Positions 27,551-38,107 of a stretch of DNA of 64,000 nucleotides are shown one piece after another. Below the pieces are notes generated by a model. The model worked only from the letters and a program-made list of their open reading frames with translations. It had not been told where the DNA came from and searched no databases. How positions within the stretch are numbered: the stretch's first letter is position 1; every line of letters begins with the position of its first letter. The DNA is from an uncultured Clostridia bacterium (GTDB lineage: Bacteria; Bacillota; Clostridia; Christensenellales; CAG-314): contig CANQND010000001.1 in NCBI GenBank assembly GCA_947625115.1, positions 5,678 through 69,677 of the forward strand, written 5' to 3'. The translations under genes were made by a program, and so were the position numbers.

Positions 27551-27577
27551 ACGCTCCCCGCAAGAGGGGCGTTTTTC
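27551..27577 (+). terminator. Rho-independent terminator after the 1071-aa gene
   Basis: ACGCTCC...GGGGCGT stem followed by TTTTT. Confidence 0.6.
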
Positions 27578-27597
27578 ACGCGCGACGCCTTTTATTC

Positions 27598-27626
27598 TTG
27601 ACAAGGGCGCGCCGCGGTGGTACAAT
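27598..27626 (+). promoter_or_regulatory. Consensus promoter of the metK leader
   Basis: TTGACA-17 nt-TACAAT. Confidence 0.8.
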
Positions 27627-27632
27627 GTAGTC

Positions 27633-27739
27633 AACCTATCGAGAGTGACTGAGAGACGGACTCGGTGAAGTCACAGCAACCTAAAATTTTTTTTCGGTTA
27701 GGTGCTAATTTCCGCGACGAACAAGTCGAAAGATGGGAC
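27633..27739 (+). promoter_or_regulatory. SAM-I (S-box) riboswitch aptamer
   Basis: CCUAUCGAGAG...GAGAGA...GGUGAAG...CAGCAACC...GGUGCUAAUUUCCGC...AAGAUGGG matches the S-box core. The P1 helix forms between CCUAUC and GAUGGG. Confidence 0.85.
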
Positions 27740-27759
27740 GGCGAAAGGGCAAATTTCAC

Positions 27760-27786
27760 GCGTCTTGTCACCCCAAGACGCTTTTT
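27760..27786 (+). terminator. S-box leader terminator (expression platform)
   Basis: GCGTCTTG-TCACCC-CAAGACGC followed by TTTTT, 36 nt before the metK ATG. Confidence 0.85.
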
Positions 27787-27822
27787 GATTGTCTACTGCG
27801 CGATAGGTAACAAGGAGAACGT

Positions 27823-29007
27823 ATGAAGAACAACAAACACAGATTTTTTACTTCCGAGAGCGTAACGGAGGGACACCCCGACAAAATATGCGACCAAATT
27901 TCCGACGCTATTTTGGACGCCATTCTCGCGCTTGACCCCGACGCGCGCGTCGCGTGCGAAACGGTCGTGTGTACGGGTACCGTGTTCGTTATGGGGCAGA
28001 TCACCACAACGGCTGTGGTGGACTACGCCAAGATAGTGAGGGACACGGTGCGCGAAATAGGCTACACGCGCGCCAAGTACGGCTTTGACGCGGACAGTTG
28101 CGGAGTGATAATTTCGTTGGACAAGCAGTCCCCCGATATTGCGCAGGGCGTGGATCGCTCGGACGAGTACCGCGATCGCGGCGAGATACTCGACTTGTAC
28201 GGCGCGGGCGACCAAGGAATGATGTTTGGTTACGCCTGCGACGAAACTCCCGAATATATGCCTATGGCTATTACGTTGGCGCAGAGGATAAGCCGCCGTC
28301 TTGCGCAGGTACGCAAGGACGGAACGTTGGACTATCTTCGCCCGGACGGCAAATGCCAAGTGACGGTGGAGTACGACGAAAACGACAAACCTTGCCGCGT
28401 GGATACGATAGTGCTTTCCACGCAACACGGACCGGACGTTGACAGCGCGACGATCGCCCGCGATATGATAAACCTCGTCATACGCCAAGTTGTTCCTTTG
28501 GGTTTGTTGGACGAGGAAACCAAGTACTACATAAACCCGACGGGACGTTTTGAAATAGGCGGACCCGCGGCGGACAGCGGACTTACGGGTAGAAAGATAA
28601 TCGTGGACACTTACGGCGGTTACTGCGCTCACGGCGGCGGTTCTTTCAGCGGAAAGGACCCCACAAAGGTGGACCGCTCCGCCACATATATGGCGCGTTA
28701 CATCTGCAAAAACATCGTTGCGGCGCAACTTGCAAACAAAATACAGTTGCAGGTAAGCTACGCCATCGGGCGTAGCAAGCCCGTATCTATCGACGTAAAC
28801 ACCTACGGCACGGGCAAAATTTCCGACGCCGCGCTTGCCGAAATCATCGGCGAAGAATTTGACTTGCGCCCGCGCGCAATAATAGACAAATTTCAACTGC
28901 AACGTCCCATTTACAGGGCTACGGCAAGTTACGGACATTTCGGCAGAGAGGAGTTCGCTTGGGAAAAGACGGACAAGGCGGACGACCTCAAAAAATATCT
29001 CAATTAG
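27823..29007 (+). CDS. metK: S-adenosylmethionine synthetase
   Basis: [37 protein letters not shown] and [16 protein letters not shown] are hallmark MetK motifs. Confidence 0.97.
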   Translation: MKNNKHRFFTSESVTEGHPDKICDQISDAILDAILALDPDARVACETVVCTGTVFVMGQITTTAVVDYAKIVRDTVREIGYTRAKYGFDADSCGVIISLDKQSPDIAQGVDRSDEYRDRGEILDLYGAGDQGMMFGYACDETPEYMPMAITLAQRISRRLAQVRKDGTLDYLRPDGKCQVTVEYDENDKPCRVDTIVLSTQHGPDVDSATIARDMINLVIRQVVPLGLLDEETKYYINPTGRFEIGGPAADSGLTGRKIIVDTYGGYCAHGGGSFSGKDPTKVDRSATYMARYICKNIVAAQLANKIQLQVSYAIGRSKPVSIDVNTYGTGKISDAALAEIIGEEFDLRPRAIIDKFQLQRPIYRATASYGHFGREEFAWEKTDKADDLKKYLN

Positions 29008-29016
29008 GAGCGGGCT

Positions 29017-31293
29017 TTGGAACTGACTGTAAAGGGTACCGTTTCGGCAATTGTTTTCCGAAACGAAGAAAACGGCTACACCGTGTTGAATCTTGAAACG
29101 ACCGACGGAGATGATATTGTCTGCGTCGGCAATTTTCCTGCGGTTTCGGTGGGGGCGGTGTTGAGCGTTACGGGCAGAACGTCGGTACACAGCAAGTACG
29201 GCGAACAGCTTGTCGTCGAAAGTTACTCTTTGCACAATCCCACTTCCAAGGCGGGTATAGTCAAATATCTTTCAAGCGGATTGATCAAGGGTGTAGGCGA
29301 GGTTACCGCCAACAACATTTACAATATGTTCGGCGACGACACGTTCGGCGTGATAGAAAACAACCCTATGCAACTTGCTCGCGTAAAGGGCATTTCCAAA
29401 AAGAAAGCTATGGACATCGCCAACGCCGTTTCGGAACTCAAACAAATGCAGGAGCAGATAATGTTTTTGCAGAGTTACGGTATAACGATCAATCTCGCCG
29501 TCAAAATTTACAATATTTACAAAACGGAAACGAAAAACTTGGTGCTTGCCAACCCCTACCGCTTGATAGACGACGTTGACGGCGTGGGCTTTTTGACGGC
29601 GGATCGCATTGCGCAAAGTATGGGCGTGGAAGAAATCAGCGAATTTCGCGTACGCGCGGCGATAGTGTACGAATTGAAAGAAGCCGCCGAAAAGCAGGGC
29701 AACACCTATGTTGTTTTCGACGATTTGATGACGGTTTGTTCCGCTCTGTTGGGCGTGGATCTGACTCAACACGGACAGCTTGTGGAGGACACCGTAACCA
29801 AGCTCGTGTTGGAACCCACCGTCAAAACTTTCGACGCGGACGGACAGCGGTGCATTTCTCTTGTAAGGTACTACAAGTTGGAAAAAGCCGTCGCGGCGCG
29901 CCTTATCACGCTGAATCACGACGCCCGTCGCATAATGATGGACGCCGATTCGTTGATAAAACAGTTTGAAAGGCAACACAAAATCGAGTTTCACGCGGGG
30001 CAGTTGGGCGCGGTGAAAGCCGCTCTGATAAACGGCGTCACGGTGATAACGGGCGGTCCGGGTACGGGCAAAACGACGATAATAAAGTGCATTGCGGAGA
30101 TACTTACCTCTCACGGTATGCGTTTGGAATTTTGCGCGCCCACGGGCAGGGCGGCAAAGCGGCTTTCGCAATCCACGGGTAGCGACGCCAAGACGATACA
30201 CCGCCTGTTGGGCTTTGAAGTACGCGGCGACAAGTTGCAGTTCAAGTACAATCGCAACAACACTTTGCCCTGCGACGTGGTGATCGTGGACGAACTGAGT
30301 ATGGTGGACGTGTCCGTTATGTACAGTTTGCTCTCCGCATTGGAAAACGGCACCCGTCTGGTGTTGGTGGGCGACAAGGATCAGCTTCCAAGCGTAGGCG
30401 CGGGCAACGTGCTTGCGGATATTATACGTAGCGGCGTGATAGAAATTCGCTATTTGACGCACATATACCGTCAATCGGAGGACAGCCTGATAGTCAGCAA
30501 CGCGCACCTCATTAACAAGGGGCAAATGCCCGAGATAAACAATCACAGCAGAGATTTCTTTGTTATGAACTTCAACGATTTTCAACAGGTGTCCGATACC
30601 GTTGTGGAGTTGGTAACAACCCGTTTGCCCAAGTTCACGGGGTTGCCCTCTTCCGAAATTCAGGTGCTGGGCGCGTTGAAAAACGGCGTGGCGGGGGTGG
30701 AAAACCTCAATTTGCGTTTACAGCAAGCCCTCAATCCGCGCGTGTACGGCAAAAGTGAAATTCACGTAGGCAAAAACGTTTTGCGCGAGGGCGACAGAGT
30801 TATGCAAACCGTCAACAACTACGCTTTGCCCTTTGTGCGTTTCAGCGCGGACGGCACTCTTGCCGACGGTCAGGGCGTTTTCAACGGCGATATAGGTTTT
30901 GTTCGGCGCATAGACCGCGTAAACGGCTTGACGGAAGTTCAATTCGACGACAACCGTCTTGCCACCTACACCGAGCAGGATATATCCGACTTGCAACTTG
31001 CCTACGCCGTCACCATACACAAAAGTCAGGGTAGCGAGTTCGAGGCAGTTGTGGTGCCGTTGGTAAGCGGACCGCCCACGATAATAAACAAAAATTTGCT
31101 GTACACCGCAATCACGCGCGCCAAGCGGGCGGTTGTGTTGGTGGGTGGCAAAAAGATACTCGCTATGATGGTGCATAACAACTACATTGCGGCGCGCACT
31201 ACCAATTTGTGCAGGTTTTTGCAGGAAGAAAACGCCACGCACAAGCGTTTCTTCTCGGAGGGTCCGATGCACCCCAAGGACAACGATGAGTAG
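29017..31293 (+). CDS. recD2: RecD2-type SF1B DNA helicase
   Basis: TTG start after AGGAG. The N-terminal OB/HhH region is followed by Walker A GGPGTGKTT, DELSMVD, and a C-terminal AVTIHKSQGSE motif. Confidence 0.9.
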   Translation: MELTVKGTVSAIVFRNEENGYTVLNLETTDGDDIVCVGNFPAVSVGAVLSVTGRTSVHSKYGEQLVVESYSLHNPTSKAGIVKYLSSGLIKGVGEVTANNIYNMFGDDTFGVIENNPMQLARVKGISKKKAMDIANAVSELKQMQEQIMFLQSYGITINLAVKIYNIYKTETKNLVLANPYRLIDDVDGVGFLTADRIAQSMGVEEISEFRVRAAIVYELKEAAEKQGNTYVVFDDLMTVCSALLGVDLTQHGQLVEDTVTKLVLEPTVKTFDADGQRCISLVRYYKLEKAVAARLITLNHDARRIMMDADSLIKQFERQHKIEFHAGQLGAVKAALINGVTVITGGPGTGKTTIIKCIAEILTSHGMRLEFCAPTGRAAKRLSQSTGSDAKTIHRLLGFEVRGDKLQFKYNRNNTLPCDVVIVDELSMVDVSVMYSLLSALENGTRLVLVGDKDQLPSVGAGNVLADIIRSGVIEIRYLTHIYRQSEDSLIVSNAHLINKGQMPEINNHSRDFFVMNFNDFQQVSDTVVELVTTRLPKFTGLPSSEIQVLGALKNGVAGVENLNLRLQQALNPRVYGKSEIHVGKNVLREGDRVMQTVNNYALPFVRFSADGTLADGQGVFNGDIGFVRRIDRVNGLTEVQFDDNRLATYTEQDISDLQLAYAVTIHKSQGSEFEAVVVPLVSGPPTIINKNLLYTAITRAKRAVVLVGGKKILAMMVHNNYIAARTTNLCRFLQEENATHKRFFSEGPMHPKDNDE

Positions 31294-32032
31294 GGCTAAG
31301 TTTCGCGAACTTTTGCTGGATATGTTTACCGCTACCGACTACCGTTGTCTTAACTGCGGCAGGGACGTTTTCGACAATTTGGGATTTTGCCCCGACTGTA
31401 TGAAAAATGTCGTTTTCAACAACGGCAAAACGTGCAAGCGTTGCGGAGTGGCGTTGGATACCGACGAGGACTATTGCGGCAATTGCGCTTTCGACAAGAT
31501 CTATTTCGACAGGGCGTATTCGCCCTTTTGCTACGAGGGCGTTATTCGCAAAGCCGTTCTCGATATGAAGTTCAACAATCTCGGCGCAAACGCAAAGGTA
31601 CTTGCGCGCTATCTCGTGTTCGAGGCGGACAGGCAAAAGTTGGAATACGATTTGGTTACTTACGCTCCCGTTTCGGCAAAAACGTTAAAAACGCGCCGTT
31701 ACAATCAAGCGCAGTTGCTTGCGCGCGCATTTTGTGATATACTTAACAAAACCGACTTGCTTGCCGAAACCGTCGTCAAGATACGCGAAACGTCCCCGCA
31801 GGAAAAACTTTCCCGATCGGAACGCAAAACCAATCTTGTGGGCAGTTACCGATTGCACCCGTTGGCAAACGTCAAAAACAAGCGGATACTGCTCATAGAC
31901 GACGTAAAAACCACGGGCGCGACGATAAACGAATGTGCAAAGGTTCTCAAACGGCACGGCGCGGCACAGGTTACGGCACTTACGCTCGCCTCCCGCAAAG
32001 AGTCGCTCGATTACGAAATTTCCGAGGAGTAA
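31286..32032 (+). CDS. comFC: ComF family phosphoribosyltransferase-like protein (ComFC)
   Basis: The ATG at 31286 overlaps the recD2 end. Four N-terminal Cys pairs form Zn fingers. The C-terminal PRTase motif is ILLIDDVKTTGATI. Confidence 0.85.
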   Translation: MSRAKFRELLLDMFTATDYRCLNCGRDVFDNLGFCPDCMKNVVFNNGKTCKRCGVALDTDEDYCGNCAFDKIYFDRAYSPFCYEGVIRKAVLDMKFNNLGANAKVLARYLVFEADRQKLEYDLVTYAPVSAKTLKTRRYNQAQLLARAFCDILNKTDLLAETVVKIRETSPQEKLSRSERKTNLVGSYRLHPLANVKNKRILLIDDVKTTGATINECAKVLKRHGAAQVTALTLASRKESLDYEISEE

Positions 32033-32034
32033 CA

Positions 32035-34944
32035 ATGAAAGAAAACTACGGCAGAGCCAACAGAGTGGCTCTCAAAAAACTCAAAAAAATTCTCGATCGC
32101 GTAAACGGCAAAGAGAATATCTACGCCGCGATGTCCGACGTTCAACTTGCCGAACAAACCGCAATTTTACGCGAAAGGTACGGCAAGGGCGAAACCTTGG
32201 ACGACCTGTTGCCCGACGCTTACGCCGTCTGTCGCGAAGCGGCGCGCCGCACTCTCGGTCAACGCCATTTCGACGTGCAGGTTATGGGCGGCATTGCGTT
32301 GCACCAAGGCAGAATTTGCCAAATGGCAACGGGCGAGGGCAAAACTTTGACTGAAACGCTCCCCGCCTACCTCAACGCCTTGACGGGAAACGGCGTACAC
32401 ATCGTCACCGTCAACGAATACCTCGCCAAGCGCGATATGGAGTGGATGGGGCAGGTTTTCGCCTTTTTGGGGCTTACCGTCGGCGTGACGTTGAGTCAAC
32501 AGACTTTTGAAGAAAAAAAGCAAGCCTACCTTTGCGATATAACCTACGGCACCAACAGCGAATTCGGCTTCGACTACCTGCGCGACAATATGGCAAATTC
32601 TCGCGAGGCGCGCGTACAGCGCGCGCTCAACTTCGTTATCGTGGACGAAGTGGACAGCATTTTGATAGACGAAGCGCGTACGCCCCTGATAATCAGCGGT
32701 CGCGGCGACAAACCGGGCGGAGAGTACAAGCGCGCAAACGACTTTATCATACGTTTGCAAAAGTCCACCAACGTCAACATCGAGGGCAACGTGGAGGGAG
32801 AAGACGAGCGTTTTGCCCGCCTTGCAAAGGATTCGGACGAAAAACCCAACGGCGACTACGTTGTGGACGAAAAGAACAACAGCGCGCGCCTCACCGATCG
32901 CGGCGTAAAAAAAGCCGAGCTGTACTACAAGGTGGAAAATCTTTCCTCGCCCGAGAACTCCGAAATCAACCACTTTATCAACAACGCGTTGCGCGCGCAC
33001 GCGCTTATGCACAAGGGCGTGGACTACATCGTGGAAAACGGCAGAGTGGTGATAGTGGACAACTTTACGGGACGTAAAATGCCCGACAGACGTTTCAGCA
33101 ACGGCTTACATCAGGCGATAGAGGCAAAGGAAAACGTCACCGTTCAGCCCGAGGACAAAACGGTAGCCACAATAACCTTGCAAAACTATTTCCGTCTGTA
33201 CCGCAAGATGAGCGGTATGACGGGTACTGCCAAAACGGAAGAAAAAGAATTTAACACCATCTACAACGTGGACGTGGTAGTTATCCCCACCAACAAGCCC
33301 GTCATTCGCATAGACTACGAAGATCAGTTTTACAGAACGGCAGAGGGCAAGTTCCGCGCTATCGTAGACAAAATCAAAGAGTGTCACGAAAACGGTCAGC
33401 CCGTGCTTGTGGGTACCACCAGCGTGGAAAAGAGTATCGCTCTTTCGCGCAGGCTAAAAGAATTGGGCGTAGGCAGTAAAGAAGTTGTCACGCTGTTGAA
33501 CGCCAAGTCGGACGAGGAAAAAGAAGCTCTCGCCATTGCCAAAGCGGGTATGCCCGGGGCGATAACCATAGCCACCAATATGGCAGGGCGCGGAACGGAC
33601 ATTTTGTTGGGCGGCGGCGACCCCGTTCCCCTCGCCAAAGAGGAGTTCAGGCGTACGCTCAAACAACGTTACCGTCAGACGGAAAGAGATCCCGCCGTTG
33701 TGGAACAAAAGGTGAACGAGGCGTTGCGCTTGGCTCTTTCGGAGGAAAGCGACGATGCGTTCGCCCAAGAATGTAGGCGGATATATCGCGAACTGTACGA
33801 CAAGTACTCCTGCGAATTTAAGCAAAACAGGCAAAAGGTGCTGGACGCGGGCGGTCTGTTTGTGATAGGCACCGAGCGTCACGAAGCGCGCCGTATCGAC
33901 AACCAATTGCGCGGTCGCGCGGGACGTCAGGGCGACCCCGGTTGCAGTATGTTTTTCGTTTCGGCAGAGGACGATATGATACGAGTGTTCGGCGGAGATA
34001 TGTTGCAACGCGCAATGGCGTTTATGCGTATGGACGAGGACACCCCCGTGGAATCGCGAATGATATCCAAAGTGGTGGAGGGCGCGCAAAAGCGTATCGA
34101 GGGAATGCACTTTTCCGCCCGTAAAAACGTGTTGCAGTACGACGACGTAAACAACCGTCAACGCAAGATCATCTACAACGAGCGCGACCGTATAATAGAT
34201 AGCGACAATATCCACGCCGACATTCTGTCAATGATTCCCGACTACGCCCGTTACGCGCTTGCGGAAGCGTGCGACAGCGACGAGAACGTCGCCGATTGGG
34301 ATCTGGACAAGGTAAACAAAGTGTTGGGCGGCTTCTTTATCCACGAGGAAGAGGAGAAGATGGTTTCGGACCAAGACCTCGTAAGCGCGCGCCACGTTTG
34401 CGACAAGCTCGCCGCAAGATTGACCGATTTCTTCAACGAACGCCTTGCGGAAGCGGGCGACGGCGCAAAGTACTACTATCGTTTGGAGCGCGACGTGCTT
34501 CTGCATACAATGGATAAGCTGTGGATAGACCACATCGACGCTTTGGACGAACTGCGCAAAGGCGTGGGTTTACAGGCGATAGGACAGCACGATCCCCTTG
34601 CCGTTTACAAAAAGGAAGCGTTCGATATGTTTGAAACGCTCAACGAGCAGATAAAGATTCAAGCGTTGCGTACGCTTATGCGCTATCGCATAAAGCCCGA
34701 ACTTTCCGAAGAAAAACCGCAAAACATAAACATAGAACGCAAACTCAACGGGCCTTGCCCTTGCGGTAGCGGCAAAAAGTACAAAAACTGTTGTTACCCC
34801 AAAGACGCGGCAAAACAGCAACAGGCGGAGCAACCGCCTGCCGACCGTCCGCTGACCAAGCAGGAAGAGTACGCGTTGAAACGTCAACAGCGCAAATCGG
34901 ACAAAGAACTCAAAAAAATCACAAATCCGACCAACCGTAAGTAA
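32035..34944 (+). CDS. secA: Preprotein translocase ATPase SecA
   Basis: ATG at 32035 after GAGGAG. Motifs: MATGEGKTL, VTVNEYLA, DEVDSILIDEARTPLIISG, TNMAGRGTDI, and the C-terminal Zn motif CPCGSGKKYKNCC. Confidence 0.97.
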   Translation: MKENYGRANRVALKKLKKILDRVNGKENIYAAMSDVQLAEQTAILRERYGKGETLDDLLPDAYAVCREAARRTLGQRHFDVQVMGGIALHQGRICQMATGEGKTLTETLPAYLNALTGNGVHIVTVNEYLAKRDMEWMGQVFAFLGLTVGVTLSQQTFEEKKQAYLCDITYGTNSEFGFDYLRDNMANSREARVQRALNFVIVDEVDSILIDEARTPLIISGRGDKPGGEYKRANDFIIRLQKSTNVNIEGNVEGEDERFARLAKDSDEKPNGDYVVDEKNNSARLTDRGVKKAELYYKVENLSSPENSEINHFINNALRAHALMHKGVDYIVENGRVVIVDNFTGRKMPDRRFSNGLHQAIEAKENVTVQPEDKTVATITLQNYFRLYRKMSGMTGTAKTEEKEFNTIYNVDVVVIPTNKPVIRIDYEDQFYRTAEGKFRAIVDKIKECHENGQPVLVGTTSVEKSIALSRRLKELGVGSKEVVTLLNAKSDEEKEALAIAKAGMPGAITIATNMAGRGTDILLGGGDPVPLAKEEFRRTLKQRYRQTERDPAVVEQKVNEALRLALSEESDDAFAQECRRIYRELYDKYSCEFKQNRQKVLDAGGLFVIGTERHEARRIDNQLRGRAGRQGDPGCSMFFVSAEDDMIRVFGGDMLQRAMAFMRMDEDTPVESRMISKVVEGAQKRIEGMHFSARKNVLQYDDVNNRQRKIIYNERDRIIDSDNIHADILSMIPDYARYALAEACDSDENVADWDLDKVNKVLGGFFIHEEEEKMVSDQDLVSARHVCDKLAARLTDFFNERLAEAGDGAKYYYRLERDVLLHTMDKLWIDHIDALDELRKGVGLQAIGQHDPLAVYKKEAFDMFETLNEQIKIQALRTLMRYRIKPELSEEKPQNINIERKLNGPCPCGSGKKYKNCCYPKDAAKQQQAEQPPADRPLTKQEEYALKRQQRKSDKELKKITNPTNRK

Positions 34945-34947
34945 GAT

Positions 34948-36042
34948 ATGATACAAGTAGACGAACTCAAACTCAACATAAAAGAACTCAACTCCAAATT
35001 GTCGGGAATAGGCGAAAACCTCAATATCCCCAAGTTGCAGGCGGAGTTGGAAGAACTGAACGCCCAACAACACAAGGCTGACTTTTGGCAGGACGTAAAA
35101 AACGCCCAGCAGGTCAGTCAACGCGCCAAAAACATCGAGGACAAAATTTCCCGCTACAACAAGCTGTGCAAACGCCTGAGCGACGTGAGCGATTTGTTGG
35201 ATATGTGCGACGGCGACGAGGCTATGCTTGCCGAAACGGCCGCCGAGTTGAAGTTGATAGACCAAGATGTAAACGCAATGCACGTTGAAACGCTTTTGAG
35301 CGGCAAATTTGACGCGTGCAACGCCATTTTGACACTACACGCGGGCGCGGGCGGAACGGAAGCGCAGGATTGGGTGCAAATGCTGTACCGAATGTACACC
35401 CGCTACTGCGAACGCCGCGGTTACAAACTTACCGTACTCGACTATCTCGACGGAGAGGAAGCGGGTATCAAGTCCGTCACGTTCAAGGTGGAGGGCGACA
35501 ACGCCTACGGCTACCTCAAAGCGGAAAAGGGCGTACACCGTTTGGTGCGCATTTCTCCTTTCGACGCAAACAAACGCCGCCACACAAGTTTTGCCAGCCT
35601 CGAAGTTATGCCCGAACTGAACACGGACAGCGAGATTGTGATAGAGGACAAGGATCTGAAAATAGACACCTACCGCAGCAGCGGAGCGGGCGGACAGCAC
35701 GTCAACAAGACGGAAAGCGCGATACGCATAACGCACATTCCCACGGGTATCGTCGTCGCTTGTCAAAACGAGCGCAGTCAGATACAAAACCGCGAACAAG
35801 CAATGATGATGTTGCGCAGTAAGCTCGCCGAGCTGAAAGAACGCGAACAAATGGAAGAAGCGGCGGCAATAAAGGGCGAAATCAAAAAAATCGAGTGGGG
35901 CAGTCAGATACGTTCGTACGTGTTCTGTCCCTACACTCTCGTAAAGGATCATCGCACCAACTTTGAAAACCCCAACGTCGCCGATGTTATGGACGGCAAC
36001 ATACAGCCCTTTATCGAGGACTATCTGACCAAAGCGTTTTAG
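34948..36042 (+). CDS. prfB: Peptide chain release factor 2, single uninterrupted ORF
   Basis: Contains the SPF tripeptide (RISPFD) and SGAGGQHVNKTESAIRITH. The position after secA is typical of Firmicutes. Confidence 0.93.
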   Translation: MIQVDELKLNIKELNSKLSGIGENLNIPKLQAELEELNAQQHKADFWQDVKNAQQVSQRAKNIEDKISRYNKLCKRLSDVSDLLDMCDGDEAMLAETAAELKLIDQDVNAMHVETLLSGKFDACNAILTLHAGAGGTEAQDWVQMLYRMYTRYCERRGYKLTVLDYLDGEEAGIKSVTFKVEGDNAYGYLKAEKGVHRLVRISPFDANKRRHTSFASLEVMPELNTDSEIVIEDKDLKIDTYRSSGAGGQHVNKTESAIRITHIPTGIVVACQNERSQIQNREQAMMMLRSKLAELKEREQMEEAAAIKGEIKKIEWGSQIRSYVFCPYTLVKDHRTNFENPNVADVMDGNIQPFIEDYLTKAF

Positions 36043-36053
36043 TATTTGTTAAT

Positions 36054-36905
36054 ATGCTTATGAAAAATTACTCACGACAATTTTACACGGGCGAACGCGC
36101 AATGTTCGCCGTGAAAGACGCCCGCTTCGAGCAGTGTACTTTCGATGACGGAGAGTCCCCTCTCAAAGAAAGCGCAAATCTGTGCGTGGAGGGCTGTCTG
36201 TTCAAATGGAAGTACCCGTTGTGGTACTGCAACGACGTGGTTGTCAACGACAGCTCGTTTTTCGATACGGCGCGCGCGGGAATTTGGTACACGCACAACA
36301 TAACATTGACGAATTGCGTGGTAAACGCGCCCAAAACTTTCAGGAGGTCGAGCGGCGTCACGTTACAAAACGTTGCGTTGCCCAACGCCGCCGAAACGCT
36401 GTGGAACTGCTCCGACGTCGTTTTGCGCGACGTAAACGCTTGCGGCGCGTACTTTGCAATGGGTTGCAAAAACGTTCTCTGCGAAAATCTCGTGTTGACG
36501 GGAGATTACTGCTTTGACGGCGCGGAAAAAGTTGTTTTGCGCAATTGCAAACTTTTCAGTAAGGACAGCTTTTGGAACTGTTCCGACGTGCAGGTGTACG
36601 ACAGCTTTATTTCGGGCGAGTATCTTTGTTGGAACGCGCAAAACGTAACGCTCGTCAATTGCACAGTGGAAAGTTTACAGGGTTTGTGCTACGTGAAGAA
36701 CCTGAAACTCGTCAATTGCACTTTGCTCAACACCACGCGCGCGTTGGAGTACAGCACGGTGGACGCGCAAATAGTAGGGCGAGTGGACAGCATTGTCAAC
36801 CCGTCGGGCGGCAGTATAACGGCGGGCAGTATAGGCAAACTTACCTTGGACGAACGCTACGTGGATCCGAACGCTACAAAAATAACTTTGACGGAGAAAC
36901 AATGA
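36054..36905 (+). CDS. DUF3737-like beta-helix repeat protein
   Basis: TGERAMF...DGESPLKES...FKWKYPLWY with repeated NC/LxNC turns, as I recall for DUF3737. Confidence 0.6.
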   Translation: MLMKNYSRQFYTGERAMFAVKDARFEQCTFDDGESPLKESANLCVEGCLFKWKYPLWYCNDVVVNDSSFFDTARAGIWYTHNITLTNCVVNAPKTFRRSSGVTLQNVALPNAAETLWNCSDVVLRDVNACGAYFAMGCKNVLCENLVLTGDYCFDGAEKVVLRNCKLFSKDSFWNCSDVQVYDSFISGEYLCWNAQNVTLVNCTVESLQGLCYVKNLKLVNCTLLNTTRALEYSTVDAQIVGRVDSIVNPSGGSITAGSIGKLTLDERYVDPNATKITLTEKQ

Positions 36906-38056
36906 CAAATTTCGACAAAAAATCCGATCGTCGCGGAACAGACAGCCTCAAATGGACTGTGGCGGAGGGCGAGTTGCCGATGTGGGTCGCGGATATGGAT
37001 TTTGCAACGGCTCCGTGCGTTACGGAAGCTCTCGCCGCAAAAATGCGGCGGGGCATTTTCGGTTACGAAAACGTGTCCGACGAGTGGTACAACGCCATAG
37101 CAAATTGGTGGAAAACGCGACATGGGGTGCGTTTTAGCAAGGATTGGATATGTTTCGTTACGGGAGTTGTCCCCGCGATAACAAGTTGCGTCAAGTCGTT
37201 GACGAGCGAGGGCGGCGTGTGCGTTATGACGCCCGTGTACGACATATTTTTCCATTCGATAGAAAACACGGGCAGGCGCGTAGAGGAAAGTCCTTTGCTG
37301 TACGACGGCGAAAACTACCGTATCGATTTTGCCGATTTGGAAAAAAAGCTGTCCAAGCCCGACGTAGAGTTGCTTATTCTGTGCAATCCGCACAATCCCG
37401 TGGGGCGTGTGTGGAGCAAAGAGGAGCTGTCGCGCGTGGGAGAGCTGTGCCGTGATTTCGGCGTAACGGTTATCTCCGACGAAATTCACTGCGACCTGAC
37501 GGAACCCGACGTCGATTACGTTCCGTTTGTCTCCGTTTCGGACGTGTGCGCGGATATATCCGTCACGGCAATTTCCGCAAGCAAGGCGTTCAATCTTGCG
37601 GGGTTGCAATCGGCGGCGGCGGTGATACCCAACGCGGCATTGAGGGAAAAGGTCGTTCGCCACTTCAACTACGACGAAATCGCCGAACCTAACAGTTTTG
37701 CCTGCGTTTCCGCAACGGCGGCGTTTACCGAGGGCGGACCGTGGTTAGACGAACTGCGCCGCTATATTTCCGCCAACAGGCAAAGAGTAAAGGAATTTTT
37801 GAGTTCCGAGCTGCCTCAACTCAAACTTGTTCCGCAACAAGCTACGTATCTGCTGTGGGTGGATTGCTCTGCCGTAACGGACAACTCCGAGCGGCTTTGC
37901 GCTCACATTCGCCGAGAAACGGGTCTGTACCTCAACAGCGGCGACAAGTACCGCGGCAATGGCAGGTATTTTTTGAGAATAAACGTCGCTTGCCCGCGCG
38001 AAACGCTGGACGACGGGCTTCAACGGCTAAAACGCGGCATAAAATCATTTGTTTAG
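36902..38056 (+). CDS. PLP-dependent C-S lyase/aminotransferase (MalY/PatB family)
   Basis: The ATG at 36902 overlaps the upstream stop (ATGA). Motifs: DRRGTDSLKW, MWVADMDF, LCNPHNPVGRVW, SASKAFNLAG (PLP lysine). Confidence 0.85.
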   Translation: MTNFDKKSDRRGTDSLKWTVAEGELPMWVADMDFATAPCVTEALAAKMRRGIFGYENVSDEWYNAIANWWKTRHGVRFSKDWICFVTGVVPAITSCVKSLTSEGGVCVMTPVYDIFFHSIENTGRRVEESPLLYDGENYRIDFADLEKKLSKPDVELLILCNPHNPVGRVWSKEELSRVGELCRDFGVTVISDEIHCDLTEPDVDYVPFVSVSDVCADISVTAISASKAFNLAGLQSAAAVIPNAALREKVVRHFNYDEIAEPNSFACVSATAAFTEGGPWLDELRRYISANRQRVKEFLSSELPQLKLVPQQATYLLWVDCSAVTDNSERLCAHIRRETGLYLNSGDKYRGNGRYFLRINVACPRETLDDGLQRLKRGIKSFV

Positions 38057-38100
38057 AAAAAAGCCGTCCTCGCAAACCGCGAGGACGGCGATATTTTTTC
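38056..38100. terminator. Bidirectional rho-independent terminator between convergent genes
   Basis: GCCGTCCTCGC-AAACC-GCGAGGACGGC forms a perfect 11-bp stem, flanked by A6 and T6 runs. Confidence 0.85.
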
Positions 38101-38107
38101 AAAAACG

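Noticed and set aside
34948-35100. Programmed +1 frameshift site (CUU UGA C type) expected in many prfB genes.
   Set aside because: The RF2 ORF is continuous from its ATG through SPF and GGQ, with no internal UGA. Frameshift-less prfB occurs in a substantial minority of bacteria, so this is not unusual.
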